From contig JBPRGF010000017.1 in NCBI GenBank assembly GCA_051418015.1, positions 256,001 through 320,000 on the forward strand: a stretch of DNA of 64,000 nt, written 5' to 3'. Position numbers and translations under genes: made by a program. Source of the DNA: Candidatus Nitrospinota bacterium M3_3B_026 (GTDB lineage: Bacteria; Nitrospinota_A; UBA7883; JBPRGF01). Shown here piece after piece: positions 38,341 through 49,284 of the stretch; position 1 is the first letter of the stretch, and each line of letters opens with the position of its first letter. The notes beneath the pieces were generated by a model, which was not told the origin of the DNA, ran no database searches, and saw nothing but the letters and a program-made list of their open reading frames with translations.

Positions 38341-40266
38341 TCAGCTTCCCGCCTCCGCGGCCAGTCCTCCTTCCGCCGCGGTCTTCTTCTCCTTCTTCTT
38401 GCTCGCCAGTATAGGCATCCAGAACATGAAGAAGACCAGCGCCATGAAGGTAATCACGCATACCGACACTATCAGCGACGCGTAAGGCAGCGTCGGGGTG
38501 AAGGCGTCGGCCGAGTTGTCCCGGAACACCGTGTACACGTGCCAGTGCTGCCTGATGGCCGAGCGGATGTAGCCCATCAGCCCCATCAGCCAGGTGAATC
38601 CCACCGCCAGGATGAAAAGGGCGTACTGCGAGCGCGTCGGCATGGAGCCCCAGCGGACCTCGGCCACGTCCTCCTTCTCCCTGAACATCAGGATGTCTAT
38701 CACCGTCCCCAGGATCAGCACGGTGGCGGTGGACGACACCTGCGGCACCGACAGTCCGATGCGAATACTGGCCGGCAGGTAGTAGCTGTACACGCCGAGG
38801 AACAGTATGTTCGCCCAGGCCGTGGCGTACAGGGCTATCTGTATCGTCGTTCCGTTCTTCGCCCAGAAAGAGTCGCCGGTGGCCCTTATGTTGCTCCGGC
38901 GGAATATCTGGAAGCTGAGGAAGGTCGCCAGTATCAGCGTGTTGACGGCGGTGTTCTTTGCCGCCATGACACCAAAATACCCCAGGACCGGGTGGTGCGC
39001 CCCGCCTATCTGTGAAAGCTCCTTGGAGGTCATTATCATCGTGTGGGGGGTGAACCAGGTCAAAAAGCCGAGGATTATCACCACGCCCAACGGCTGGATA
39101 AGGTAATAGTAACGCTTGGATCCCTCTGACCGGCCGAGGCTGCACCACAGGTAGTAGTTGGCCGAGAGGAATATCACGCCGATGAGCACCGCCTGCAGGA
39201 TGAACAGCCAGGCGAAGACCCCGCCCATTAGGGTGATGCCCATCTGCTGGGAATAGCCGTAGACCTCCTTGGTGAGCCAGTAGCCCGCGAAGGGCAGCGG
39301 CAGCAGGCCCGCCACGGCTATGATGAAGGAGGTGTAGCCCATCCAGTCGTAATGCGCCTTCTCCTCGGTTGTCTTCGCGGTGAGGAACTTGTATCCCGCG
39401 TAGGCCGCCGTGATCGAACCTCCGTAGGCGATGTTCGCTATGAAACGGTGTATGTTGATCGGGTTCCAAAGGTGGCCCCGTATGACCGCCCACATGTCTC
39501 CCAGGTAGACCCCGGCGCCGTCCACGCCGGATGGCGCCATCATGAAGGCGACCCAGGAGTTGGACAGGACCATTATCATCAGGCCGGAAAGGTTCAGGCC
39601 CAGCCCCAGGAGAAGATGCAACTTCTTCCTGGAGCCGTCGTCGTTCATGTTGTCCCACCCGTAATAGTAGGTGTAGACGAAAAAGCTCTCGGCGAAGAAC
39701 ATCAACGCGTAGAGGATCATGACCCCGCCGAATATGCCGGCCATGTAGTTCATGAAGTCGGGATAGAAGACCACCAGCATGAAGGCCAGCAGACCGCCGA
39801 AGCTCGCGGTCAGGGAAAACCCGGTCATCGACACCTTCATGAACTCGTGGCCCATGTTGTCGTACCGCTTATCCTTCGTCAGGTAGCCGACCAGCTCGAT
39901 CACCCAGACGAATATGGGGACGGCCAGAACGAACGCCGCGAAGAACAGGTGCAACTGCGCCACGATCCAGACGGCTATGCGGCTGTTGATTCCGGAAACG
40001 ACCGGGTAGTCCTTGAGTTCGAGTTTGGGCGCCGGCCCCGGCTTCCATAAGCCGTCCTCCCCGGCGGCGGCTTCCTCCCCCTCAGCCGCTTCGGCGGCGG
40101 CCCCCTCTGTCTCCTCGGCGAACGCGGACGATGTCATGAAACTGGTCTCGGAGCCCTGCCAAAGCCCAACGCCCGTGAGGAGCAAAGCCGCCAAAGCCAG
40201 CGCCGGAAGCCTGAAAGAGCCGAGGCCGAACGCCCGCCCTCGCGGTTTTCTGAATAAGCTGTTCAT
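38341..40266 (-). CDS. Cytochrome bd-like oxidase subunit I homologue (Nitrospira/Nitrospina/anammox type), no CydB nearby
   Basis: AQLHLFFAAF, FFAESFF...YYGW, FMMAPSG, NIHRFIANIAYGG, MGYIRSAIRQHWHVY; many TMs. Confidence 0.87.
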   Translation of the reverse strand: MNSLFRKPRGRAFGLGSFRLPALALAALLLTGVGLWQGSETSFMTSSAFAEETEGAAAEAAEGEEAAAGEDGLWKPGPAPKLELKDYPVVSGINSRIAVWIVAQLHLFFAAFVLAVPIFVWVIELVGYLTKDKRYDNMGHEFMKVSMTGFSLTASFGGLLAFMLVVFYPDFMNYMAGIFGGVMILYALMFFAESFFVYTYYYGWDNMNDDGSRKKLHLLLGLGLNLSGLMIMVLSNSWVAFMMAPSGVDGAGVYLGDMWAVIRGHLWNPINIHRFIANIAYGGSITAAYAGYKFLTAKTTEEKAHYDWMGYTSFIIAVAGLLPLPFAGYWLTKEVYGYSQQMGITLMGGVFAWLFILQAVLIGVIFLSANYYLWCSLGRSEGSKRYYYLIQPLGVVIILGFLTWFTPHTMIMTSKELSQIGGAHHPVLGYFGVMAAKNTAVNTLILATFLSFQIFRRSNIRATGDSFWAKNGTTIQIALYATAWANILFLGVYSYYLPASIRIGLSVPQVSSTATVLILGTVIDILMFREKEDVAEVRWGSMPTRSQYALFILAVGFTWLMGLMGYIRSAIRQHWHVYTVFRDNSADAFTPTLPYASLIVSVCVITFMALVFFMFWMPILASKKKEKKTAAEGGLAAEAGS

Positions 40267-40322
40267 TTCTTCCCTCTTTCCTGTTTAGAAAAAGCCTGTC
40301 TAAAACAGCCGGTTTCCCGGAG

Positions 40323-40442
40323 TTATTCGCCTGATGGAAAAAGCGGCAGACCCTGCCACGCCTGGAGCGAATAATCCAAAACGAAAAAGTAGACGGCTAG
40401 CACAAGGAAGGCGATGATGAATGTGACGAACCTGTTGTTCAA
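40323..40442 (-). CDS. Small single-TM protein (39 aa), not in the ORF track
   Basis: AGAGGGGGAG RBS, then TTG: MNNRFVTFIIAFLVLAVYFFVLDYSLQAWQGLPLFPSGE*. Confidence 0.7.
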   Translation of the reverse strand: MNNRFVTFIIAFLVLAVYFFVLDYSLQAWQGLPLFPSGE

Positions 40443-40500
40443 AGTCTCTCCCCCTCTATGAAAACCAGCTCAAGCGCCTTAAGCGGCGCCATCCCTTATC

Positions 40501-40516
40501 AGCAAAACAGCGCCCT
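40501..40516 (-). promoter_or_regulatory. Possible sigma-54 promoter of the bd-like operon
   Basis: Minus strand AGGGCGCTGTTTTGCT: correct GG-N10-GC spacing, good -12 element, poor -24 flanks. Confidence 0.35.
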
Positions 40517-41143
40517 GACGGCTACAATAGCTACCACAAAAACACCGTTAAAGCAAAGCGCGTTTCGTAATTTGGGGGGCTGTTGTTACAAGAAACATAC
40601 CTTTATTGGACTCCGACGTCCGATTTCGCCGGCGGCGCTTCACCTGAAAGACCGGACAAGGCGCGCTATTCATGGCTTATTAGCGTCTGCGGATGGCCTA
40701 GGGGGGGCGTGGAGACCGCCGGGGCGGGGCGCGCCGGGCCGGCGCTAAACCGGTTTTGTAAAACAAAATATCTTAACGCTTTGTTATATTTGTCATCCGT
40801 CGATTGAACTGTTTGATGACGGGACATCGAGAAGCCGCGTGCTTTCCCCAGGGCGCCCTGCGCCAAAAAACCGCGAAAAAAGGCGGCGTCCCGCCGGACA
40901 ACGGGGAAACCCCGTCCCCACCCCGGTGAGGGCTCGTATCTTGCTTCTCCAAGACTTTTCAGGACAAAATAAGGAAATACCATCGAAAGGGGGTGAGCCG
41001 TATGGGCAGGCTTTGAGTGGCCGCGAGGACGCGGAGTATCCGCGTCATGGGAAACGCGCCGCGGGAACGCGGAGCGCGCCGCCATGAGCGGCTGTTGTGT
41101 CTTTACCATGTGAGACTGGAATGACTATTTCGCAAAGAGGATT

Positions 41144-42166
41144 ATGACTATGAGACCTGCTTATACAAGCTTTTCGGCTTTCCTTTTATCTTTTCTTCTC
41201 TTCTTCACACCGGCCTCCCAGGCGATAGAGTTCGGCAAAACCAGAACGTTCGAGCTTGCCTACATAGTCAAGGTGGAGGGCGCGCCTGCCGGCTCTTCCC
41301 AGCTCAACCTCTGGGCGCCATACATCACGAGCGACGAGGATCAGACCGTCCTCGACGTCCGGGTCGACAGCCCCTATCCGGTGACCGTCAACTACGAGAG
41401 CAGGTGGGGCAACGGAATCATGTTCGTCTCCGTCCCGAACCCGGGCCCGCAAGGGTTCATCATGAAGGTGACATACACGATAGAGCGCAGAGAGCGGCTG
41501 GCGAAAAACTTCGACTACGATTCCCCCACGTCCATAGTGGACAAGGGACAGTTCCGACGATACCTGCTGCCGTCGGAATGGGCTGTCATAAACGACGCAG
41601 TCGTGAAATTCTCCAACCAGGCCGCCGCCGGAGCGAAAAACGCCGTGGGCAAGGCCAGGGGCGCCTACGACTTCATCCTCTCCAGGATGGAGTACAACAA
41701 ACAGATCCCCGGCTGGGGCAGAGGCGACGTCAACCGCGTCTGCCTGGCCATCGACGGCGGCAAGTCGGGGACGGGCAACTGCACCGACTTCCACTCCTTC
41801 TTCGGCTCCCTCATGAGGGTCCAGGGCATCCCCGTCATCTTCGAGATGGGATACCCATTGAAGCCGGAAAAGAACCAGACGGACCCCAAGGCCGGAGGAT
41901 ACCACTGCTGGGCGAAGTTCTTCGTCCCGGGCCAGGGCTGGGTCCCGGTGGACATTTCGGAGGCGCAAAAGGACATGTCCAAAAAGGAATACTTTTGGGG
42001 CGCCATCTGCGAAAACCGGGTCAGGTTCAGCCGCGGCAGGGACATAACACTGGTCCCCGCGCAGGAGGGCGAGCCGCTGAACTATTTCGGGCCGGACCCT
42101 TATATCGAGGTGGACGGCAAGAAGTTCGACGGTTTCGAGAGGCTGATAGCCTACAAAAACCTATAA
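41144..42166 (+). CDS. Secreted transglutaminase-like protein
   Basis: GNCTDFHS (Cys), YHCWA (His), WVPVD (Asp) triad; signal peptide. Confidence 0.88.
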   Translation: MTMRPAYTSFSAFLLSFLLFFTPASQAIEFGKTRTFELAYIVKVEGAPAGSSQLNLWAPYITSDEDQTVLDVRVDSPYPVTVNYESRWGNGIMFVSVPNPGPQGFIMKVTYTIERRERLAKNFDYDSPTSIVDKGQFRRYLLPSEWAVINDAVVKFSNQAAAGAKNAVGKARGAYDFILSRMEYNKQIPGWGRGDVNRVCLAIDGGKSGTGNCTDFHSFFGSLMRVQGIPVIFEMGYPLKPEKNQTDPKAGGYHCWAKFFVPGQGWVPVDISEAQKDMSKKEYFWGAICENRVRFSRGRDITLVPAQEGEPLNYFGPDPYIEVDGKKFDGFERLIAYKNL

Positions 42167-42466
42167 GCGGGAGGAGAATAGCCAGGGTTTTCTCCACTGG
42201 GAAGACTCCGGCGCCTTCAGCGCTTTCAAGGGACGCTTTATAAAAAAAGCCGGGCCCAAGGCAATATCCGCTCTTTAGCAGGGTCTTGAAAACACCCTTC
42301 TAAAAGAGACGGGCAAGCCATGAGAACGCCCTGGGCCGGCCTTTAATAAAGCATATCCCCAAGTGGGAGCCCGATCAACAAATCACCCGCGCCGGTAAAG
42401 ACTCTTCTCTCGCCCTCGCGAGGACGAAGGGGGGCCGGGCGCGAGCTACGGAAGGAACCAGCAAAA

Positions 42467-43597
42467 ATGAGACCAAAAACCGTATATTTCATACTAACAA
42501 CCGCGATCATTATAACCATGGGCGCCGCCTCCCCTAAAGCGGCCCTCGCCGGCAAAAGCGTCTGGGAGAGCGGCGGGGCGCGGCTGGACCTGATCGGCGA
42601 CATGCGGCTGAGGCTGGAGAGCGACAGCGACTCCACAAAGGACAAGGACAGAACCCGTGAGAGGATCAGGCTCCGTTTCGGCGCCGGCTACACCGCCAAC
42701 GAAAACGTCGCGATGGGCTTCCGTCTATCCACCGCCAGCGACAGCCTCCAGACTCCCCATCAGACCCTGGCCCTGGACGATGGCGGCGGCAGGAACGGCG
42801 ATTTCGGAATCGACCGCGCCTTCCTGAAAGTCTCCGGGGGCGGCTTTTACGCCTGGGGCGGCAAGAACGGGATGCCGATGTGGAACCCGGCGGAGTTCGT
42901 ATGGGACGCCGACATACAGCCGGAAGGCCTGGCGGCCGGTTACAAGACGAAGCTCAAAGGCGTGAGCCTCGGCCTGGCCGCCGGGCATTTCCTGCTCAAC
43001 GAGGCAAGCTTCGGCGATGACGACACCCTGCTGGCCTACCAGGCCACCGCGGGGCTGGGGGACGGGCTCAGGGTCAGGCTGGCCGTCGGCGGTGTCTCCG
43101 TCACGGATTCCGATGAAGGGGCCGAGGGCGCGGCCGGCGTTCCCGGCCAGTCTCACAACATCACTCACGTGATGGGCGAGGTCCAGGCGGCGGACATCCC
43201 CCTCAAGCCGAGGGCGGGCCTCCTTTACGCCTCGTCCGACGTCGAGGATAGCGTGATCGGCGCAGGGGCGGAGGCGCCGGACAAGAACGCCCTCGTGGCC
43301 TATGTCCGGGCCACGGCGGGCAGGTTCGACCTGCGGTTCTACTACTGGGACGCGGGCTACGCCGCCTTCCCGGGGCTGGGACGCTACGCCCAGGACAACT
43401 TCCCTTACTCTTCGAATTTCACCGGCTATCACGCCCAGATCGGGGTGAAGCTGCTGGAGGATATCTCCATGGACCTGCGCTACTACAACCAGTCGGTGAA
43501 AAACGGGGACATCACGGTCTGGAACAGCGGCGTGGCCATGGAAGGGGACGGCCACGACAGGAGCAGGATCCAGCTGAACCTGAACGTAAAACTCTAG
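42467..43597 (+). CDS. Putative outer-membrane porin
   Basis: GDMRLR.E, RERIRLRFG, VWDAD..PEG, C-terminal RIQLNLNVKL beta-strand. Confidence 0.85.
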   Translation: MRPKTVYFILTTAIIITMGAASPKAALAGKSVWESGGARLDLIGDMRLRLESDSDSTKDKDRTRERIRLRFGAGYTANENVAMGFRLSTASDSLQTPHQTLALDDGGGRNGDFGIDRAFLKVSGGGFYAWGGKNGMPMWNPAEFVWDADIQPEGLAAGYKTKLKGVSLGLAAGHFLLNEASFGDDDTLLAYQATAGLGDGLRVRLAVGGVSVTDSDEGAEGAAGVPGQSHNITHVMGEVQAADIPLKPRAGLLYASSDVEDSVIGAGAEAPDKNALVAYVRATAGRFDLRFYYWDAGYAAFPGLGRYAQDNFPYSSNFTGYHAQIGVKLLEDISMDLRYYNQSVKNGDITVWNSGVAMEGDGHDRSRIQLNLNVKL

Positions 43598-43614
43598 CCC
43601 CCCGCTTCCCCGAA

Positions 43615-43658
43615 GCCGCCCGCGGATATCCTCTTGTCCGCGGGCGGCCCCCTTTTTT
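43615..43658 (+). terminator. Rho-independent terminator
   Basis: GCCGCCCGCGGA-loop-TCCGCGGGCGGC followed by a T-run. Confidence 0.7.
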
Positions 43659-43937
43659 CGCCCGCCGCGGCGTCTTGCATCCCGGTGAGCATTAAATAAC
43701 AAAGGCAGGGCCTTTCAGGACCAGGAAGTCGGCGTATCCGCTCTCTTTTGTCGTCCCGAGACAAAGCCGAAAGCCTTGATTTTTCTCCGGATTTACCCCT
43801 GGCAGGGTGTTCCGCCCCTTACCATGTTGACATTGACAACCAGCTGTAAAAGATTTTAGCCGCGCCTTTAAAATATTTGTACAATGCGCACGTTTCGTTA
43901 TATTATTCCGATTGATTTCTGTCTTTCCCTCGGAAAA

Positions 43938-43953
43938 TATGACTAAAGTCATA
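43938..43953. promoter_or_regulatory. Palindromic operator, Crp/Fnr-like geometry
   Basis: TATGAC-TAAA-GTCATA inverted repeat in the AT-rich region upstream of the corrinoid operon. Confidence 0.5.
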
Positions 43954-44198
43954 ATACGGAACAACCGGGTTGGATAAAATGTTCAACAAGATTGGAGGGG
44001 GTCGGTTATGTGGTTTTCGAAAGACAGGAAATTCACCCTTCTCGATTGGGTCATCCATTTCGGGATCACGGTGAACGCGGTGGTGATAGCGTATATCGTT
44101 TTTTACGTCGTAACTCACTGAGCGGCCATGCGAGCCCGCATTCTGGACGCAGAGGTCATGGGAAAAACAGGGAGAAGCGGCAAAAAAGGGGGGAAGTC

Positions 44199-45627
<1,429 letters not shown>

Positions 45628-45653
<26 letters not shown>

Positions 45654-46365
45654 AACCACGCTTCCAACGGGGACGGAGCAGGCGGTGGACCCTTTGACAG
45701 AACTGGCGTTGCTGGTCCAGCAGGGAGAGAACGTGGAGGCCGTCGCCTGCGCGGAACGGCTCCTTGCGGACTCCTACAGCGTCAACGACATAGTGGGAGC
45801 GCTCTCAAAGGGCCTGGCGATGCTGCGCAACAAGTGCACCGTGGAGAACTTCCAGCTGCTGGACGTGTTGCTGGCCAGCCGCGCCATGGTGGAGGTGGTG
45901 GACGAGTGCGTGGCGCGCCAACTGAAGCATGAGATGGACTCGGCCGCCGGGGAATACGAGACGGAGGCTTTCAGGAGCGGAGGAAACGGAAAAAGGAAAA
46001 CGCTCGTCATAGGATCCATCCAGGGCGACGTCCACGACCTCGGCAAGCACGTCGTCGCCACGCTGCTGAGGTTCAACGACTTCAGGGTCGTCAACCTCGG
46101 CAAGGACGTGCCGGTGGAGACCTTCGTCCGCGCCGCCATGCAGGAAAAGGCGGACTTCGTAGGGGTCTCCAGTCTTATGACGGTGTGCCTGCCGAAGATA
46201 AAGCAGATCAAGCCCGAGCTCGTCCGCCGCGGCCACGGGCACGTGAAGGTCGTGGGAGGAGGGGGCGCGGCGCAGCAAAGCGACGCGGGAAGCCTGGAGC
46301 TGGACTACCTCGCCTACGACGCCTTCGACGGGCTGGATTACTTCACCAGCGAGCACGACGGCTGA
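45628..46365 (+). CDS. Corrinoid (cobalamin-binding) protein, MtaC-like
   Basis: N-terminal cap domain; GDVHDLGK (DxHxxG), NLGKDVP, VSSLMT, VGGG; alternative GTG start at 45685. Confidence 0.92.
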
Positions 46366-46383
46366 AAAACCACGCCGCGAGAT

Positions 46384-49284
46384 GTGGGGGGACCGAAGTT
46401 GAACCACGAGCAAAGAATAAGGGCCGCCATCCGGTTCAGGGAGACCGACAGGCCCCCGGTGGTCCCGGAGTTGATCGCCGTGACCGCCACCATGGCCGGG
46501 GTCTCCCCCAAAGAATATCTCACCTCCGGCGGCCTGATCGCCGAACTGCAGCTTGAGGCCCAGAAAAAGATAGGCCACGACGTCGTCTTCGCGTCGGCGG
46601 ACCTGTGCGTCGAGGCGGAGGCCGCGGGGTGCGAGATCACCATGCCGGAGGACAACTACCCCTCCATCAAAAGACCCGTCATGGCCGATCTTTCGGAAAT
46701 CGAAAAGCTGAAAGTCCCGGACCCGCACTCCGGCGGCAGGATGCCGGAGGTGCTGAAGGCCGTGCGGCGGCTGAAGGCCGAGGTGAGGGGCAGGATCCCC
46801 GTCATCGCCACCGTTACGGGGCCCATGACCATAGCCTCGCGGGTCATGGACATCGAAAAGATGCTCTACGCCCTGGTGGACCACCCGGACCGCTTCCGGG
46901 GGCTGCTCGACGTCTGCCGCGAGGTGACGCTCTCCTACGCCGCGGAGCTTGCGCGGGAGGGGGCCGACGGCGTTCTCATCTTCGACCCGTCCTCCTCCCC
47001 CTTCGTCATCCCGGCGAGGATATTCCGCGAGTTCTCCCTCGGCGCGGTGAAAAGCGTAACTTCCCGGCTGAAGGAGATAGACCCGGAGATCATAACCTGG
47101 TACTCCGTCGCCGGCCCGTTGCAGAAGAACACCTCGATCCTCTCGGCCGTTGGGGCGGACATCACCACGGCGGATTACGTCGTCCCGATAGAGACGGCGC
47201 TCAGGTACTCCGCCTCCACCGCGATAAACGGCAACATCAGGCCCAGCCTGTTCCTCGACGGCCCCCGGGAGAAGATAATCGCCGAGTCGGAAAAGCTCCT
47301 GGCCGCGGCCCGGGCGACGGAGCGGTTCATCCTCGGCAGCGGCTGCGAGGTGCCGCTCTATTCCAAGGCGGAAAACATAGCCGCCCTCGTGGAGGCCGCG
47401 GAGAGGGAGGCGGAGCGGTTCGAGGCGGCGGGGAACACGGCGGGCCTGCGAGACGCCGAGATCACCGTCCTGCCCCACAGGAAAAAGATATCCGCCGTCC
47501 CCGGCGAGAGCCTGCTGGACAGCCTCCACAAGGCGAACATCAGCGTCACCAGCTACTGCGACAGGTCCGGATCCTGCGGCAAGTGCGCGGTGATGATAAA
47601 AAACGGCGAGACCGGCCAGCCGGACAGGGCGGAGGCTTTCCAGCTGCAGGCCAGAGGCGCGGACCCGAAGGAGCGGCTGGCCTGCCGGGTGAAGGTAGGC
47701 GGGCCCATGAGCGTCTATGTCCCCTATCACAGCAGGATATTCCAGAGCCACATGACGGCCTCCGGCGAGCTTTTCGAAAAGTCGATCTCTAAAGAGCTGG
47801 CCCCCTTCGGCTTCGAGCCGAACGTCGGCGTGGAGGAGGCGCCCCTGCCCAGCCTGGCCGGCCCTGCGCCCTCCTCCTGGGAGGAGTGGGTGACGGGCAG
47901 GCTCGGCCTGAACGGGATGAGCCCGCAGGTCGCCGGCAGGCTCGCCTCCATGATAAACGAGAGCGACGGCGGCGTCCGGGCGGTCATCGACAGGCAGCGG
48001 GGGGAGATAGTGGACTTCACCCGCTCGGACAAGGTCTACGGCCTCGCCGTGGACATAGGCACCACCACCATATCCGCCTACGCGCACGACCTGAAGACCG
48101 GAGAGCTGGCCTGCGTCGGCTCCACGGAGAATCCGCAGACCCGATGGGGGATGGACGTCGTGACCAGGACGACCAGGGTGGTGGAGGATCCCTCGCTTCT
48201 GCCCGTGGCCCAGGCGAACCTTATCGAGGGAGTAAACAGGCTGATCGCCCATTTCCACCGGGATCACGCCCTGCCCAACGACAGGATATACGACATGACG
48301 GTGGTGGGGAACCCGGTGATAATCCACATGCTGCTCGGCATCAGCCCCGAGTCGCTTGCCAGGGCGCCCTTCACCCCGACGGTCTCCCGCTGGGTGAGCG
48401 CGACGGCCAGGGGCCTCCACGCCAAGAACAGGCTCGCTGTCCATCCCGAATGCAGGGTGGAGATACTGCCGAGCGCCGGAGGATTCGTGGGGGCGGACGC
48501 GGTGGCGGGAGCGCTGGCGGCTGGAGTCAGCCGGGAGGAGGAGCTTTCGCTGTTCGTGGATATAGGCACCAACGGCGAGATAATTCTCGGGAGCAGGGAC
48601 GGGTTGCTTTGCGCCTCCGTGGCGGCGGGGCCGGCCTTCGAGGGGGCTCACCTGAGCCACGGCCGGGTCTCCCAGGCGGGGGCCATAAAGAGGATACGGC
48701 TCACCGCGCCTGGAAGAGTGGAGTTCGAGACGATAGGCGGAGCGGCCCCCTTCGGGCTTTGCGGCTCGGCGGTGATAGACGCCCTGGCGGAGTTTTCGCG
48801 CCACGGAATAATAGACGAGCGGGGCAAGTTCGCCGCGAACGGGGACTGGCCGCAGCTGAAAGGGGACTTTTTCATCCTGGCCCCAAAACAGAAAACCGCC
48901 ACGTTCAACCCCATCGGGATCACCCGCGGGGACATCGAGGAGATACAGAAGGCCAAGTCCGCCCTGCGGACGGGGATATCCCTGCTGATGAAGGAGATGG
49001 GCGCCGCGCCGGAGGATATAAAAAAGGTGACCGTCTCAGGCTCCTTCGGTTTCTCCCTGGACATCGGGAACGCCAAGGCCATAGGGATGATACCGGCGCT
49101 GCCCCGGGCCGAGTTCAGGTACATCAAGAACGCCGCCGGGATCGGCGCCAGGATGGCGCTGCTGTCGAAGAACGCCCGGGAGGAAGCCGGCAGGATCGCC
49201 GGAATCACCCGGAGCGTGAGCCTCGTGGATCACGGCGACTTCATGAACCTTTTCATAGACAACATGCTCTTCCCCGCGGCGTGA
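46384..49284 (+). CDS. UroD/MtaA-family domain fused to [2Fe-2S] and ASKHA domains (RACo/RamA-type reductive activator of corrinoid proteins)
   Basis: DRPPVVP, VEAEAAGC, DP...GRMP, GPMT.A, ILGSGCEV; CDRSGSCGKC...RLAC; DIGTTT, DIGTNGE, AAGPAFEG, GLCGS, SGSFG. Confidence 0.9.
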   Translation: MGGPKLNHEQRIRAAIRFRETDRPPVVPELIAVTATMAGVSPKEYLTSGGLIAELQLEAQKKIGHDVVFASADLCVEAEAAGCEITMPEDNYPSIKRPVMADLSEIEKLKVPDPHSGGRMPEVLKAVRRLKAEVRGRIPVIATVTGPMTIASRVMDIEKMLYALVDHPDRFRGLLDVCREVTLSYAAELAREGADGVLIFDPSSSPFVIPARIFREFSLGAVKSVTSRLKEIDPEIITWYSVAGPLQKNTSILSAVGADITTADYVVPIETALRYSASTAINGNIRPSLFLDGPREKIIAESEKLLAAARATERFILGSGCEVPLYSKAENIAALVEAAEREAERFEAAGNTAGLRDAEITVLPHRKKISAVPGESLLDSLHKANISVTSYCDRSGSCGKCAVMIKNGETGQPDRAEAFQLQARGADPKERLACRVKVGGPMSVYVPYHSRIFQSHMTASGELFEKSISKELAPFGFEPNVGVEEAPLPSLAGPAPSSWEEWVTGRLGLNGMSPQVAGRLASMINESDGGVRAVIDRQRGEIVDFTRSDKVYGLAVDIGTTTISAYAHDLKTGELACVGSTENPQTRWGMDVVTRTTRVVEDPSLLPVAQANLIEGVNRLIAHFHRDHALPNDRIYDMTVVGNPVIIHMLLGISPESLARAPFTPTVSRWVSATARGLHAKNRLAVHPECRVEILPSAGGFVGADAVAGALAAGVSREEELSLFVDIGTNGEIILGSRDGLLCASVAAGPAFEGAHLSHGRVSQAGAIKRIRLTAPGRVEFETIGGAAPFGLCGSAVIDALAEFSRHGIIDERGKFAANGDWPQLKGDFFILAPKQKTATFNPIGITRGDIEEIQKAKSALRTGISLLMKEMGAAPEDIKKVTVSGSFGFSLDIGNAKAIGMIPALPRAEFRYIKNAAGIGARMALLSKNAREEAGRIAGITRSVSLVDHGDFMNLFIDNMLFPAA

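Noticed and set aside
42167..42466. Possible cobalamin riboswitch (CCACTGGGAAG fragment) upstream of the porin
   Set aside because: The other conserved elements (GCAACTGT, AGYCAGRAGACC B12 box) were not found.
45805..48804. 999-aa minus-strand ORF
   Set aside because: Antisense shadow of the corrinoid and MtaA-RACo genes, caused by GC-rich codon bias; no motifs.
47886..49283. N-terminal 466 aa of the 811-aa ORF ending at 50321
   Set aside because: Out-of-frame overlap with the RACo gene with Gly/Arg-rich junk composition; the kinase starts at ATG 49284. The same logic was used to trim the ORFs at 21407, 24858, 30422, 33932, 43992, 50331, 51787 and 62098.
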